A stretch of 64,000 bases of DNA from Candidatus Thermofontivivens primus (GCA_031458695.1 JAVKJW010000007.1:28219-92218), one strand, 5' to 3'. Positions 28,042 to 38,547 are shown, counted from the stretch's first letter. Made by a program: numbers and translations. The notes: a model not told the origin generated them from the letters alone.

Positions 28042-28344
28042 TCACCCCTTGGTCTTTTTTCGCTCTTCCGGTACAACCAGGGTGAAGCGTTCCCGGCTAG
28101 GTACTGCACCCGTATTCCTTGCCACAGGCTCATTATACGGCACCTCTCGTCGGATGCGAAGGGTACACATGCGGATTCCAGGTTCCTTCCGGTCCGAAGC
28201 AGCATAATCACAACGATTGGTTTCCCCTTCGGTGAGCACTACTTCCCCTCCGCCCCGTACGACCTTCGTATTCTTCGAAAAGGGGTGGTTTGCTTCGCGC
28301 AAACCAAGTTTCATAGCGTCCTTCGAGATTGTCGTATCTGTCAC
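28042..28344 (-). CDS. Hypothetical protein
   Basis: 100-aa ORF with no recognisable motif. Coding status uncertain. Placed at the left edge of the lower-GC island. Confidence 0.25.
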   Translation of the reverse strand: MTDTTISKDAMKLGLREANHPFSKNTKVVRGGGEVVLTEGETNRCDYAASDRKEPGIRMCTLRIRREVPYNEPVARNTGAVPSRERFTLVVPEERKKTKG

Positions 28345-28430
28345 TACGTTCTACCCCCTGAGAGATGAAGGGGCAAGTCATCCAAGAGCTCTTGACAAGG
28401 CTAAGGTCTTGAGGTACCATATTCCACAAA

Positions 28431-29252
28431 ATGGAATTAATTTCCAGAAATAACAGACGCCGGGGGAATCCCCAGAATAAGGCAAAAGCAGCAGGGACTC
28501 TCGAGAAGGGTCTTGCTCTCCTCGAGTGGCTATCTCGGGGGAAAGGCGAGTTCACCCTTATGCATCTCGCAAACGCTGTGAGTCTTCCTCCTAGCACCAC
28601 ACATCGTATTCTTGCTGCGCTCGGCAGATTGGGTTACGTTGAGCAGGATCAAGAGACAAGGCACTATCGGTTGGGACACAAGGCAGTAGGATTCGCCGCC
28701 TCCATCCTTCAGCAAATAGACATGCTCCGGGAGGCTCGCTCTCTACTGCAGAACTTCGTATCAAAAACAGGGGAAAGTATTACATTGGCGACTTTGGAGG
28801 ATAAAGAAGTCCTCGTCATTGAGAAGGTCGAAGTATTTGACCGTCCGCGGCTGTTCCTGCACATCGGGAGACGCGCACCTGTGCATTCTACAGCCCTTGG
28901 GAAAGTTCTCCTTGCAGGTCTCCCAGACCGTGAGGTTCTCAACATTCTCAGGCGTACAGGAATGCCACGCCTGACGCCAAATACCATAGTTTCCCCCAAG
29001 CAGTTCCTTCATCACCTCCGCCGAGTCCGCCAGTTAGGATATGCCATAGACGACGAGGAGACTGTCTTAGGCGCAAGGTGCCTCGCTGTCCCGGTTTATA
29101 ACCATCTTGGTCGTGTAATTGGCGCACTGAGCTCATCTGGCCCGACGAGCATATGGACTGATAGATATATGAAAACGGTTCTTAGGCCCCTTCGAAATGT
29201 AGCTCATGAATTGTCGGTTCGCCTTGGATATTCGCCGTGGGTCAATCAATAA
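28431..29252 (+). CDS. IclR-family transcriptional regulator
   Basis: HTH (LEKGLALLEWLSRGKGEFTLMHLANAVSLPPSTTHRILAALGRLGYV) plus an IclR effector domain. The coding sequence has clearly lower GC than the flanks. Confidence 0.8.
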   Translation: MELISRNNRRRGNPQNKAKAAGTLEKGLALLEWLSRGKGEFTLMHLANAVSLPPSTTHRILAALGRLGYVEQDQETRHYRLGHKAVGFAASILQQIDMLREARSLLQNFVSKTGESITLATLEDKEVLVIEKVEVFDRPRLFLHIGRRAPVHSTALGKVLLAGLPDREVLNILRRTGMPRLTPNTIVSPKQFLHHLRRVRQLGYAIDDEETVLGARCLAVPVYNHLGRVIGALSSSGPTSIWTDRYMKTVLRPLRNVAHELSVRLGYSPWVNQ

Positions 29253-29285
29253 AGCGTGTGGCCTATAGAAAGGAGGGAAAAAACA

Positions 29286-30338
29286 ATGCGTGGGAAAAGA
29301 CGAATGAGTTACGTTCTGACCGTTCTGATGCTCGGCCTCTTTGTGCTCCCTGTGTTTTCCGCGCCACCAAAGGTGAAGCTCACAATGTTCATTTGGGCAG
29401 GCGCAAACCAAGGGGTAGTTCCACGGGAGGTTGTTCGACAGTATTTGCGCACCCATCCAAACGTAGAAATTGAATTCTGGGAATCTAACAATACCATTAC
29501 TTATCCCAAGATGGTAGCGGCTAAACAAGCGAATCCGAACAATCCCCTCATCCATTTTGGGTTCTTCAACATCGATGCAAGCAACCGTGGTGACGTAGAC
29601 GACATGTGGCTTCCTCTCGACGAGAAGAAGATCCCGAATATGCGTTTTGTACATCCGAGTCTACGTCGTCCCGGGAATCATGGAATAGGCTATGGTATCA
29701 GCGCCATGGGTTTAATGTATAATAAGAACTTAGTGCAAGAGCCACCAAACTCCTGGAGTGCACTTTGGGATCCGAAGTGGCGAGGAAAAGTTACCTTCTT
29801 CGATAACAACTTCATCCCTCTTGTCCTGGCGGCTCGCTTAAATGGAGGGAGCGAAAAGAACATCGATCCAGGATTTAAGGTCTGGTCAGAGAATGCCAAG
29901 AACATTCGGGCCCTTGTGACGAGCAACGATCAACTTAAGAACCTTCTCGTGAGTGGAGAGGCACTCATAGCGCCTTGGTTTACGAGTATATGGAAGTTCT
30001 GGGAGCTGGAGGGAGCACCGCTTGGCTTCATCAATCCTAAAGAAGGTGTAGTCGCGTTTCCTATCTACCTCCAAATCGTGAAAGGTAGCACTCCAGAGCA
30101 GATCCGGATCGCAGAGGAGATTATCAACGAACTGCTGGCTCCCGAGAATAACGCGCGATACGCTCGCCTGACATTCGGAATTCCTTCTGTGAAAGGAGCG
30201 CAAATTGCAGAAAGTGTCCGGCAGATTCTTAACCCAAAGCTTCTGGATACTGCCATATGGCTGGATTGGGCAACGATGGCCCAAAGGGCCAGCGAGTGGC
30301 GCCAACGGTGGGAGCGCGAAGTAAAATCCAGAATGTAG
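29286..30338 (+). CDS. ABC transporter substrate-binding protein, PotD/PotF (spermidine/putrescine)-type
   Basis: Signal peptide (MSYVLTVLMLGLFVLPVFSA) and a PotD-like fold. RBS GGAGGG lies 9 nt before the ATG at 29286. Confidence 0.7.
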   Translation: MRGKRRMSYVLTVLMLGLFVLPVFSAPPKVKLTMFIWAGANQGVVPREVVRQYLRTHPNVEIEFWESNNTITYPKMVAAKQANPNNPLIHFGFFNIDASNRGDVDDMWLPLDEKKIPNMRFVHPSLRRPGNHGIGYGISAMGLMYNKNLVQEPPNSWSALWDPKWRGKVTFFDNNFIPLVLAARLNGGSEKNIDPGFKVWSENAKNIRALVTSNDQLKNLLVSGEALIAPWFTSIWKFWELEGAPLGFINPKEGVVAFPIYLQIVKGSTPEQIRIAEEIINELLAPENNARYARLTFGIPSVKGAQIAESVRQILNPKLLDTAIWLDWATMAQRASEWRQRWEREVKSRM

Positions 30339-30357
30339 AGGAGCTTCTGAGGGATTC

Positions 30358-31521
30358 ATGCTGGCCACATCAAACCAAGAAGTCGAAGTCCAACTCGTCG
30401 AGGTTACAAAACGCTTCGGAGATGTGACAGCGGTAGAATCTGTCTCATTCACGGTACACAAGGGAGAATTCTTCTCTCTTCTGGGGCCGTCAGGATGCGG
30501 AAAGACCACTACTCTCCGACTCATCGGAGGATTTGAGTTTCCCGATACGGGAGAAGTATACTTGAACGGCCGCCCGATGGGGAGGATTCCTCCAAACCGG
30601 CGTGAGACAAATATGGTGTTCCAGCGTCTTGCGCTTTTTCCTCACTACTCTGTGTTCGAGAATGTCGCGTTCGGGCTACGAATGAAAAGAGTCCCTGAGG
30701 CAGAGATACGCCGTCGGGTCACAACTGTATTAGAGATGGTCCAGATGAGCGGTTTCGAAACCCGACGAATTACAGAGCTCTCGGGTGGCCAACAACAGCG
30801 CGTTGCGCTTGCGCGCGCGCTGGTGAATAATCCCCGGGTTCTCCTCCTGGATGAGCCCCTTAGCTCGTTGGACCTCAAGCTCCGGCTTCAGATGCAAGAG
30901 GAATTAAAACGCTTGCAGCGGGATCTCGGAACCACCTTTATCTACGTCACGCACGACCAGGGGGAAGCTCTTGCCATGAGTGACCGAATCGGCATCATGA
31001 ATAACGGCCGGCTCCTCCAGGTTGGCAGTCCTATGGAGATTTACGAGCATCCAAGTACCCCGTTTGTTGCAAGTTTCATCGGAGACACAAATCTGATTCA
31101 AGGATCCGTCGATTTTGTAGATGAAGAGGTGACAGCCATCACCGCTTCGGGATTACACCTCCTGGTCAAGCGTGCTGGCTGGGAGACCCCAGGGGATCAA
31201 GTTTATGTGTGCATACGTCCAGAGAGGATCCTGATGAACAGCGACCGTGAAACCGGCAATGTCCTCCACGGAAAAATCCAGGAACGTCTTTTTAAAGGGC
31301 ACTTCGTGCAGTACCGCATTCACGTGGGGCCTTTCACCCTACAAACCACAATTCCCTATGGAGGCAGTAACCGCATCTTCGGAATGGGCGAAGAAGTTAC
31401 AATCTCTTGGGATCCGCACCAAGCAGTTCTCCTTCAAGCTGATGAAGAGGGGAGGAACTTTGATGGATACTCTCCAAGTCGCAGGGATGAGCGTGCCGAG
31501 AGGACAGCGAGCACTCGGTGA
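30358..31521 (+). CDS. ABC transporter ATP-binding protein, PotA-like with C-terminal TOBE
   Basis: Walker A GPSGCGKTT, signature LSGGQQQRVALARAL, Walker B LLLDEPLSSLD. Confidence 0.85.
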   Translation: MLATSNQEVEVQLVEVTKRFGDVTAVESVSFTVHKGEFFSLLGPSGCGKTTTLRLIGGFEFPDTGEVYLNGRPMGRIPPNRRETNMVFQRLALFPHYSVFENVAFGLRMKRVPEAEIRRRVTTVLEMVQMSGFETRRITELSGGQQQRVALARALVNNPRVLLLDEPLSSLDLKLRLQMQEELKRLQRDLGTTFIYVTHDQGEALAMSDRIGIMNNGRLLQVGSPMEIYEHPSTPFVASFIGDTNLIQGSVDFVDEEVTAITASGLHLLVKRAGWETPGDQVYVCIRPERILMNSDRETGNVLHGKIQERLFKGHFVQYRIHVGPFTLQTTIPYGGSNRIFGMGEEVTISWDPHQAVLLQADEEGRNFDGYSPSRRDERAERTASTR

Positions 31522-32449
31522 GGTTCTCGCCGGAGAGCTCCCGGATGGAAGTCCCATTAAGATTCCGCTCATCGTGCTCAATGGCAGGCAGGAGGGACCA
31601 GTCCTCTGGCTGGGGGCTGGTCTCCATGGTACAGAAATTCCAGGTATGGAGGTTATCCGGCGAGTCTGCCGAGAGATTGTTGACCCACAAAGCCTCCGAG
31701 GGTCCATCATTGCCTCACCCCTCCTGAATCCTTTTAGTTTCCACCAACACCATATGCTGACTCCCCAGGATGGCTATAATCTGAACCGAGTCTTTCCAGG
31801 CGATCCTACTATGCTTCTGAGTCACCGGCTGGCATCCCTCATAACTCGACTGGCCGAATCATGCGACGTTTACATCGATTTTCACGCCAATCCTTCACCT
31901 GCCCTTCAATTCACGATCATCAAGCACCCAGGGGATGATGATCTCTGGAGGAAGTGCCAGTTGCTTGCGGAAGCTTTCGGGATCACGACAATCGAAATGA
32001 AACAAATGCATGAGCGCCACAGGACAGGGACCTTCACGGATTACGTCCAACTAGACCGTCGTAAACCATGTCTCGTGGTAGAACTCATCGCATGGAGGCG
32101 GTTCGATCCTCTCTCGATCCGCACAGGGATACGAGGAACTCTCAACGTTCTTAAGCACTTAGGGATGATCGATGGGGAAATTGAACCTCAGGAGGATGTC
32201 CCTATCATCCCCGGGAGGCTCTCCAGGATTGAGCTCACTGCTAACCGGGGTGGACTTGTCCATCCTCTACGGCTTCCAGGAGATCCGGTGCGGAAAGGGG
32301 AGACGATAGCGTTGATCCGCAATCCATGGGGCGACGTGGTAGAGGAAGTTCTCGCACCCATCCATGGATGGATCCTTGCTTGGCCGCTCCTTGGTAACCA
32401 AGCTGTCGCCACTGGGGACATTCTTGTGTTCATAGCCTTCCCTCAATGA
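31463..32449 (+). CDS. Succinylglutamate desuccinylase / aspartoacylase family (AstE/AspA; M14-like zinc deacylase, DoeB-like)
   Basis: Zn-ligand-like motifs (GLHGTEIPG, YNLNRVFPG, DFHAN) characteristic of the AstE_AspA family. Embedded between the ATPase and permease genes of the Pot-like operon. GGAGG lies 8 nt upstream of the ATG at 31463. The start overlaps the ATPase 3' end by about 59 nt. Confidence 0.7.
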   Translation: MDTLQVAGMSVPRGQRALGEVLAGELPDGSPIKIPLIVLNGRQEGPVLWLGAGLHGTEIPGMEVIRRVCREIVDPQSLRGSIIASPLLNPFSFHQHHMLTPQDGYNLNRVFPGDPTMLLSHRLASLITRLAESCDVYIDFHANPSPALQFTIIKHPGDDDLWRKCQLLAEAFGITTIEMKQMHERHRTGTFTDYVQLDRRKPCLVVELIAWRRFDPLSIRTGIRGTLNVLKHLGMIDGEIEPQEDVPIIPGRLSRIELTANRGGLVHPLRLPGDPVRKGETIALIRNPWGDVVEEVLAPIHGWILAWPLLGNQAVATGDILVFIAFPQ

Positions 32450-33294
32450 GAATCCAAGGTCTTCTCGCAGTTTGGTTTCTAGCCCCCGCATTGGGAATTA
32501 TGACGATCTTTTACTTGATCCCCCTGGGTGTTTATCTTCTGAATGGTTTCCATTTGTTTCAGAGCGGGAAAATCGTCCCAATATGGACTCTCCGTACGTT
32601 TGGTTCCTTCTTTCAAGATCCCTTTTCCTACCGCGTGATTGGCACATCCCTCAGCCTCTCCACCGTCGTTACGCTCCTGGATGTTGCTTTGGGTTACCCA
32701 ATTGCATACGCGCTACATACGAGGGTCAAGTCTCCCGGTATACGTGCGTTGATCGGGTTGCTGCTCTTCTCTCCCCTTCTGGTTAGCGTCGTAGTCCGGA
32801 CTTATGGATGGTTCATCCTCCTTGCCAACCAAGGTCTCATTAACGCGTTACTTAAAAATGCCGGGATTATATCACAACCTCTCCCCCTTCTGTTCAATAC
32901 GTGGGGAGTCATCATCAGTTTGGCCCATATTCTCCTACCGTTTTCTATTTTCCCGATTTACAGCATCATGACACGCATGGACCCTACCCTCAAAGAGGCG
33001 GCGAGAGATCTTGGGGCTAACTGGTGGAAAGCTTTCACCCAAATTACCCTCCCCTTAACTATGCCAGGAGTTATAACTGCAATACTCATTTGCTTTACGT
33101 TAGCCTTAAGTGCTTTCGTGACTCCACAACTCCTGGGGGGAGGCCGCATTCAAGTCCTCCCATTGACTGTCTATAACAACACAGTAGAAATTAATTGGCC
33201 GACAGGTGCCGTAGCCGGATTTACACTCCTTCTCCTTTCGATCACGGCTATCTGGATCATTAACGCGATCCTTCGGCGATTACCTAGCATATGA
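32446..33294 (+). CDS. ABC transporter permease (PotB-like)
   Basis: 6 TM with BPD_transp_1 EAA loop (EAARDLGANWWKAFTQITLP). Confidence 0.8.
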   Translation: MRIQGLLAVWFLAPALGIMTIFYLIPLGVYLLNGFHLFQSGKIVPIWTLRTFGSFFQDPFSYRVIGTSLSLSTVVTLLDVALGYPIAYALHTRVKSPGIRALIGLLLFSPLLVSVVVRTYGWFILLANQGLINALLKNAGIISQPLPLLFNTWGVIISLAHILLPFSIFPIYSIMTRMDPTLKEAARDLGANWWKAFTQITLPLTMPGVITAILICFTLALSAFVTPQLLGGGRIQVLPLTVYNNTVEINWPTGAVAGFTLLLLSITAIWIINAILRRLPSI

Positions 33295-34163
33295 ATACCA
33301 TACGACGTGAAAGATACCTGGAGAGCTACGAAGAAAGGAGCGAGATTTTTAGAACCGCGCTCCTCAGAGCAACTCTTGCATTTGGAACAGGGTTCATCCT
33401 TCTTCCTTTGATGATCGTCGCTATCTACTCCTTCAGCGAAGTAGCATATGGGATCTTTCCCCCTCCGGGGTTCTCGACGAAATGGTACGCTCACCTTTTC
33501 GCTCAGGCGACATTCCGAGGAGCGTTTTTCCGGAGTGTGGGCATTGGAATTTCGGCCACGACGATCGCGTTGTTGGTAGGTTTCCCCACATCCCTCGCAC
33601 TTGCTCGCACTCGCCTCGCAGCTGGGAATTTTCTCCGGGCCTTCATTCTCTCACCAATCGTGATTCCAAAAATTGTTCTCGGGGTGGGATGGTTTATTTT
33701 CTTTGCTCGGATCAGCCTCATTGGAGGGTGGATTCCGCTCATTCTTGCTCATACGGTCATCGTGCTCCCATTCGTTGTAGCCATTCTTACTGCTAATCTC
33801 TCCGGCCTTGACCCTACGATCGAAGAAGCAGCCCAGGACCTCGGAGCAGGCTTCGTAAAGGTTCTTTGGTACGTTATCCTCCCCCAGATCAAATCTGGAG
33901 TGATAATCAGTGCTCTCCTGGCTTTCATCGTCTCCTTCGACCAGGTCGAGAGTTCGATTTTCCTCGTTCGTGGTGAAAACAACACCCTTCCGATTGAGAT
34001 GTTCCTGTATATGGAAAAATGGCAAGATCCTACGATCGCAGCCCTGTCGACACTCCTCATAGGATTTGCAGCGGTTATAACATGCGCTACCGTTGCAATC
34101 AGCCGTGGGATTGACCTTTCAAATCTTCTCCCGACGTTGGGAGGGAAGAAATCCACCAGGTAA
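33291..34163 (+). CDS. ABC transporter permease (PotC-like)
   Basis: EAA loop EEAAQDLGAGFVKVLWYVILP and 6 TM. Confidence 0.8.
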   Translation: MNTIRRERYLESYEERSEIFRTALLRATLAFGTGFILLPLMIVAIYSFSEVAYGIFPPPGFSTKWYAHLFAQATFRGAFFRSVGIGISATTIALLVGFPTSLALARTRLAAGNFLRAFILSPIVIPKIVLGVGWFIFFARISLIGGWIPLILAHTVIVLPFVVAILTANLSGLDPTIEEAAQDLGAGFVKVLWYVILPQIKSGVIISALLAFIVSFDQVESSIFLVRGENNTLPIEMFLYMEKWQDPTIAALSTLLIGFAAVITCATVAISRGIDLSNLLPTLGGKKSTR

Positions 34164-34277
34164 CAGAAGGTACGCACGATCGAGAATGGCAGATGACACT
34201 TGCTAGCTTGACAAGGAATAAGCCTAACATATACGATTGACATCGGGTATATACTTCCTCTCCAGGAGGTGCCGCCA

Positions 34278-35861
34278 ATGGCCCGTTGGTTCGTTGTGGT
34301 GGTCGTCCTTCTTCTGTTGTCCACCCTGATCCCAGCTTCAGTGATGCATGCTCAACCCAAGCCAGGTGGCGAGCTCGTATTCGCGGCGACAGAAGAACCC
34401 GATACGCTAGATCCACAGAAGACCGGAACCGCGATTACGGGTCTTCTGATGCGCTACCTGGGTGATACCCTAGTCACCAAAGACCTCAAAGGGAACTACA
34501 TCCCGCACCTTGCGAAGTCGTGGACTATCTCCGGCGATGGACTTACGTGGACCTTCCAACTACGAAGCGGGGTAAAGTTCCATGACGGAACGCCTTTTAA
34601 TGCACGCGCTGTGAAATTCACCATCGAGCGCGCTCTTGCTCCAGAGACCAAGTCTCCGATCGCGGGAGCGTTGTTCGGCCCAGTGGCTAGTGTGGAGGCA
34701 GTTGGTGATCTGACGGTTGTGATCAAGCTGAAAGAGCCCTTTTCACCTTTCCTGGATAACTTAACCGATCCCCGGGCTATGATCATCAGCCCTCAAGCTG
34801 TACAGAGGCTCGGAGATCAGTTCGGAAGGGCACCTGTGGGGACAGGTCCTTTCAAGTTCCAGGAGTGGCGCAGCGCAGATCGTATCATATTCGTTCGCAA
34901 CCCTGATTACCAATGGGCACCTAGTTATGCCCACCAGGGCCCACCGTTCGTCGATCGCATCGTGGTTAGGATTATGCCGGAATCTGCGGCGCAGGTCGCG
35001 GCGTTCGAGCGTGGTGAACTTTCCGTCTTGCTTGCCGTACCCCCTACCGACGTACGTCGCCTCCAAGCGACGCAGAAGTATACTTTCTTCTCGTTCCTCC
35101 GCAAAGGCGTAGGATTATTTATGGAGTTCAATATAACAAAGGAACCCTTCTCTGATCTGAGAGTTCGCCGTGCTTTCAACTATGCCGTTGAGAAGAAACT
35201 TGTTCTGAACATCGCACTCGAAGGCCTTGGTGAGGTTGCGTACGGCCCGCTTCCACCCTCGATCTGGGGTTACTGGGACGGAGTCAAAGACTATGCACCT
35301 CGTTTCGACCCCGGAGAGGCAAGGCGGTTGCTTGCTGAAGCAGGCTGGCAGAGGGGTCAGAGCGGTTTCCTGGAAAAAGATGGCAAACCCTTCAAGTTTG
35401 TCCTTTACATAGCTCCTATCGACACCTGGCGGCGTTCGGCTCAAGTAGTCCAGGCCCAACTCAAGACATACGGCATCCAAATGGAGATCCAAACGTTTGA
35501 GTTCGGTACCCTGCTCAGCAAGCTCAGGGCCGGTGAGCATCAGGCCGAGTTCATGGGATATACATACACGTCCCCAGACATCTTCTACCTCTGGTTCCAC
35601 TCCTCCAATATTGGGAAGGGCCTCAACTTCAGCCATTTCAAAGACACAAAACTGGATGAGTTGATCGAGGCATCGCGCAAGGAAATGAACCAAACCCGCC
35701 GTCTGCGGATCTACAGGGATATCCAAAAGTACATCATAGACAAAGCGCTTTGGGTACCTCTGTGGATTAACCATTTCTATATTGCCGTTCAACCCAACGT
35801 GAAGGGAGCGAAGATACATCCTGATGGTTTTCTCGCCCTGAACGATGTCTATATCCAGTAG
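34278..35861 (+). CDS. ABC transporter substrate-binding protein, family 5 (DppA/OppA peptide/nickel type)
   Basis: Signal peptide (MARWFVVVVVLLLLSTLIPASVMHA) and an SBP_bac_5 fold. GGAGG lies 8 nt before the ATG. Confidence 0.8.
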   Translation: MARWFVVVVVLLLLSTLIPASVMHAQPKPGGELVFAATEEPDTLDPQKTGTAITGLLMRYLGDTLVTKDLKGNYIPHLAKSWTISGDGLTWTFQLRSGVKFHDGTPFNARAVKFTIERALAPETKSPIAGALFGPVASVEAVGDLTVVIKLKEPFSPFLDNLTDPRAMIISPQAVQRLGDQFGRAPVGTGPFKFQEWRSADRIIFVRNPDYQWAPSYAHQGPPFVDRIVVRIMPESAAQVAAFERGELSVLLAVPPTDVRRLQATQKYTFFSFLRKGVGLFMEFNITKEPFSDLRVRRAFNYAVEKKLVLNIALEGLGEVAYGPLPPSIWGYWDGVKDYAPRFDPGEARRLLAEAGWQRGQSGFLEKDGKPFKFVLYIAPIDTWRRSAQVVQAQLKTYGIQMEIQTFEFGTLLSKLRAGEHQAEFMGYTYTSPDIFYLWFHSSNIGKGLNFSHFKDTKLDELIEASRKEMNQTRRLRIYRDIQKYIIDKALWVPLWINHFYIAVQPNVKGAKIHPDGFLALNDVYIQ

Positions 35862-35864
35862 GCG

Positions 35865-36794
35865 GTGCTCGGCATGACTGTCTTTATCATCCGACGGCTA
35901 GTCATGCTCGTCCCGACCCTAGCCGGAGTTACCCTTGCTGTGTTCCTCATGCTTCATTTGACGCCCGGTGATCCTATCACGCTGATGCTCGGGGAGTTCG
36001 CCTCGGCCACGGAGGTCGCTCGCCTACGGAACGAGCTCGGACTGGATCGGCCACTGCTCGTCCAGTACCTGAAGTACATGGAGCGGACGTTCCATGGGGA
36101 TCTCGGTACTTCGATCCGGAGCCAGCGAGCTGTTCTTGACGAAATTGCTGATCGGCTTCCCTGGACTCTCCAGCTTGCCTTTGCAGCCATGACACTTGCG
36201 ATCTTCGTTGGCATCCCCATGGGAGTGATCGCCGCGACGACGAGAAACCCCGCGATTGATTCAGTCGTCACGGTGTTCTCACTACTGGGTCTCTCGATGC
36301 CCACGTTTTGGTCCGGTTTGCTGCTCATCCTGCTCTTCTCCCTCACTCTAGGGTGGTTTCCCATCACCGAATCGCATGGGCTCCGGGCGCTGGTCCTACC
36401 CGCAGTAACCCTCGCTGCGCCTGCCGCTGCGGTTCTTGCCAGGATGACTCGATCCAGCGTGCTGGAGGTGCTGCGCCAGGAATATATTCGGACAGCGAGG
36501 GCAAAGGGACTACTCGAGCGCGTGGTAGTATATAAACATGCGCTGCGGAACGCGATGATCCCCATCCTGACAGTCGCGGGGCTCCAATTTGGTGGCCTTC
36601 TGGCTGGTGCGGTGATTGTGGAATCGGTGTTCGCGCGTCCTGGGCTTGGTCGCCTTACCGTTAATGCTGTCCTGTCCCGTGATTTCCCTCTTGCCCAAGG
36701 TGTCGTCCTGGTAATCGCTGCTATGTATGTCTTCGTTAACTTAGCAGTCGATGTCCTATACGGATTATTGGATCCACGCATCCGTTACCACTGA
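35865..36794 (+). CDS. Peptide ABC transporter permease (DppB-like)
   Basis: N-terminal IIRRLVMLVPTLAGVTLAVFLMLHLTPGDP is typical of DppB/OppB. Confidence 0.85.
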   Translation: MLGMTVFIIRRLVMLVPTLAGVTLAVFLMLHLTPGDPITLMLGEFASATEVARLRNELGLDRPLLVQYLKYMERTFHGDLGTSIRSQRAVLDEIADRLPWTLQLAFAAMTLAIFVGIPMGVIAATTRNPAIDSVVTVFSLLGLSMPTFWSGLLLILLFSLTLGWFPITESHGLRALVLPAVTLAAPAAAVLARMTRSSVLEVLRQEYIRTARAKGLLERVVVYKHALRNAMIPILTVAGLQFGGLLAGAVIVESVFARPGLGRLTVNAVLSRDFPLAQGVVLVIAAMYVFVNLAVDVLYGLLDPRIRYH

Positions 36795-37651
36795 TGGCGA
36801 TAGCTCTCCCTGTACGAAGACAAAATCGCGTATTGCAACGATTAAAACAGCGGCCTGTGGTTCTAGCGGCCTTCGCGGTGCTTGGACTCTTCGTCATTCT
36901 GGCGGTGGCTGGACCTCTGTTCTCACCTTACGATCCGTATACTCTTATCCCTGGGGCGGTAATGCAGCCACCCTCATGGGAGTTCCCCTTTGGAACGGAT
37001 GAACTGGGACGCGATGTCTTCAGCAGGGTGATCCACGGTTCCCGAATTTCCATACGGATCGCTCTCGTCACAGTCTCGATCCCACTGGTACTGGGAGGTA
37101 CCGTGGGACTAGTAGCTGGCTTCTATGGAGGTCTCCTGGATGTTGTCCTCATGGCGGTCATGGAGGTTATGCTTGCGTTCCCGCAGATCCTGCTTGCGAT
37201 TGCAATCCTGGCCATGCTTGGCCCTAGCCTCGTCAACGCGATGATTGCGGTCGGTCTCTCTGCGGTGCCAGTATATGCCAGAACCGCGCGAGGTACCACA
37301 CTCAGTGTGAAAAGCATGGGCTATGTAGAGGCAGCGAAAGCTCTGGGGGCTGGAGATATCCGGATTCTCCTGAAGCATATCCTACCCAATATATTCCCCC
37401 CCTTGATAGTCCTCGCCACTGCGGGAGTAGGGATCTCCCTACTCATCGCCGCAGGCTTGAGTTACCTAGGCCTAGGTGCGCAACCTCCGACACCGGAGTG
37501 GGGAGCAATGCTCAGTGAAGCGAGAGCCTATCTCCGAAATGCGTGGTGGATGGCAACATTCCCGGGGCTGGCGATCACTCTGGTTGTGCTCAGCCTCAAC
37601 GTGTGTGGGGATTGGCTACGGGACTTCCTAGACCCAAGACTCCGTGTATGA
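36794..37651 (+). CDS. Peptide ABC transporter permease (DppC-like)
   Basis: DppC/OppC-type N-terminus and EAA loop (EAAKALGAGDIRILLKHILPN). Confidence 0.85.
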   Translation: MAIALPVRRQNRVLQRLKQRPVVLAAFAVLGLFVILAVAGPLFSPYDPYTLIPGAVMQPPSWEFPFGTDELGRDVFSRVIHGSRISIRIALVTVSIPLVLGGTVGLVAGFYGGLLDVVLMAVMEVMLAFPQILLAIAILAMLGPSLVNAMIAVGLSAVPVYARTARGTTLSVKSMGYVEAAKALGAGDIRILLKHILPNIFPPLIVLATAGVGISLLIAAGLSYLGLGAQPPTPEWGAMLSEARAYLRNAWWMATFPGLAITLVVLSLNVCGDWLRDFLDPRLRV

Positions 37652-38496
37652 CCGAGCAAAGGTCTTTGGTATCCATGATTCGGCGATTGGCCGCGAGGTT
37701 CAGCGGTGAATTGGGAGTGTGGGCACATTGCCTCGATACCGGTGAAAGCGTGGAGTGGAATGCCTACGAGATTTTCCCTGCGGCCTCAGCAATCAAGCTC
37801 GGGATTCTCTATGAGGTTTACCACCAAGTCTTTCAAGGCCTGGTCAGACTTGATGACATGCTCACCGTTCAGGCAGAGGATCTCGTCCCAGGATCAGGGA
37901 TCCTGAAGGACCTCACTCCAGGGATGAGGCTTTCCGTCAAGGATCTTGCGACCCTCATGATCGTGGTCAGCGACAACACAGCAGCGAACCTCCTCATCGA
38001 TCTACTCGGACGCGAAGCTATCAATCAGAGCTTCGCGGAGCTCGGTCTCAACAGCACGCGCTTGGAGCACAAGTTCTTCCGGGCTCCCAAGGAATCTCCG
38101 CCGAACCGATCCACCCCGGCTGATCTTGGGAAACTGATGCTTAGGATCGCAACCCATACTGTACTCACCCCGCAACTATGCACGGAAATGTTGGATATCC
38201 TGGGAAGACAGCATCTGACCGATAACCTGACCCGGTACATCCCCGACTTTGACGGCTTTATCGAGCCAGGACGAGAACCTGTTGTTCGGGTAGCCTCAAA
38301 GAGCGGTGCCATACGAGGCACCAGGAACGAGGTTGGTTTGGTGTCCACAAGGAGCTGCAGTTACGTCATTGCCGTGATGAGCAAGGGTTGTAAGGATACA
38401 CGTTTTTACCCCGATAATGAGGCTTCCCGTTTCGTTGCGAAGATCTCTGCGATGTTTTACGAATATTTTCAGACGAGGGCGATCCAAGGCGGATGA
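37648..38496 (+). CDS. Class A beta-lactamase-related serine hydrolase
   Basis: S-x-x-K motif (AASAIKLGILYEV), SDN (VVSDNTAANLL) and KSG (SKSGA) triads in the class A order. ATGA overlap with dppC. Confidence 0.65.
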   Translation: MTEQRSLVSMIRRLAARFSGELGVWAHCLDTGESVEWNAYEIFPAASAIKLGILYEVYHQVFQGLVRLDDMLTVQAEDLVPGSGILKDLTPGMRLSVKDLATLMIVVSDNTAANLLIDLLGREAINQSFAELGLNSTRLEHKFFRAPKESPPNRSTPADLGKLMLRIATHTVLTPQLCTEMLDILGRQHLTDNLTRYIPDFDGFIEPGREPVVRVASKSGAIRGTRNEVGLVSTRSCSYVIAVMSKGCKDTRFYPDNEASRFVAKISAMFYEYFQTRAIQGG

Positions 38497-38547
38497 TAAC
38501 AGCTGGGCGATCCCGTCGACAGGAATCTGAACCACAGGAGGCGAGGA

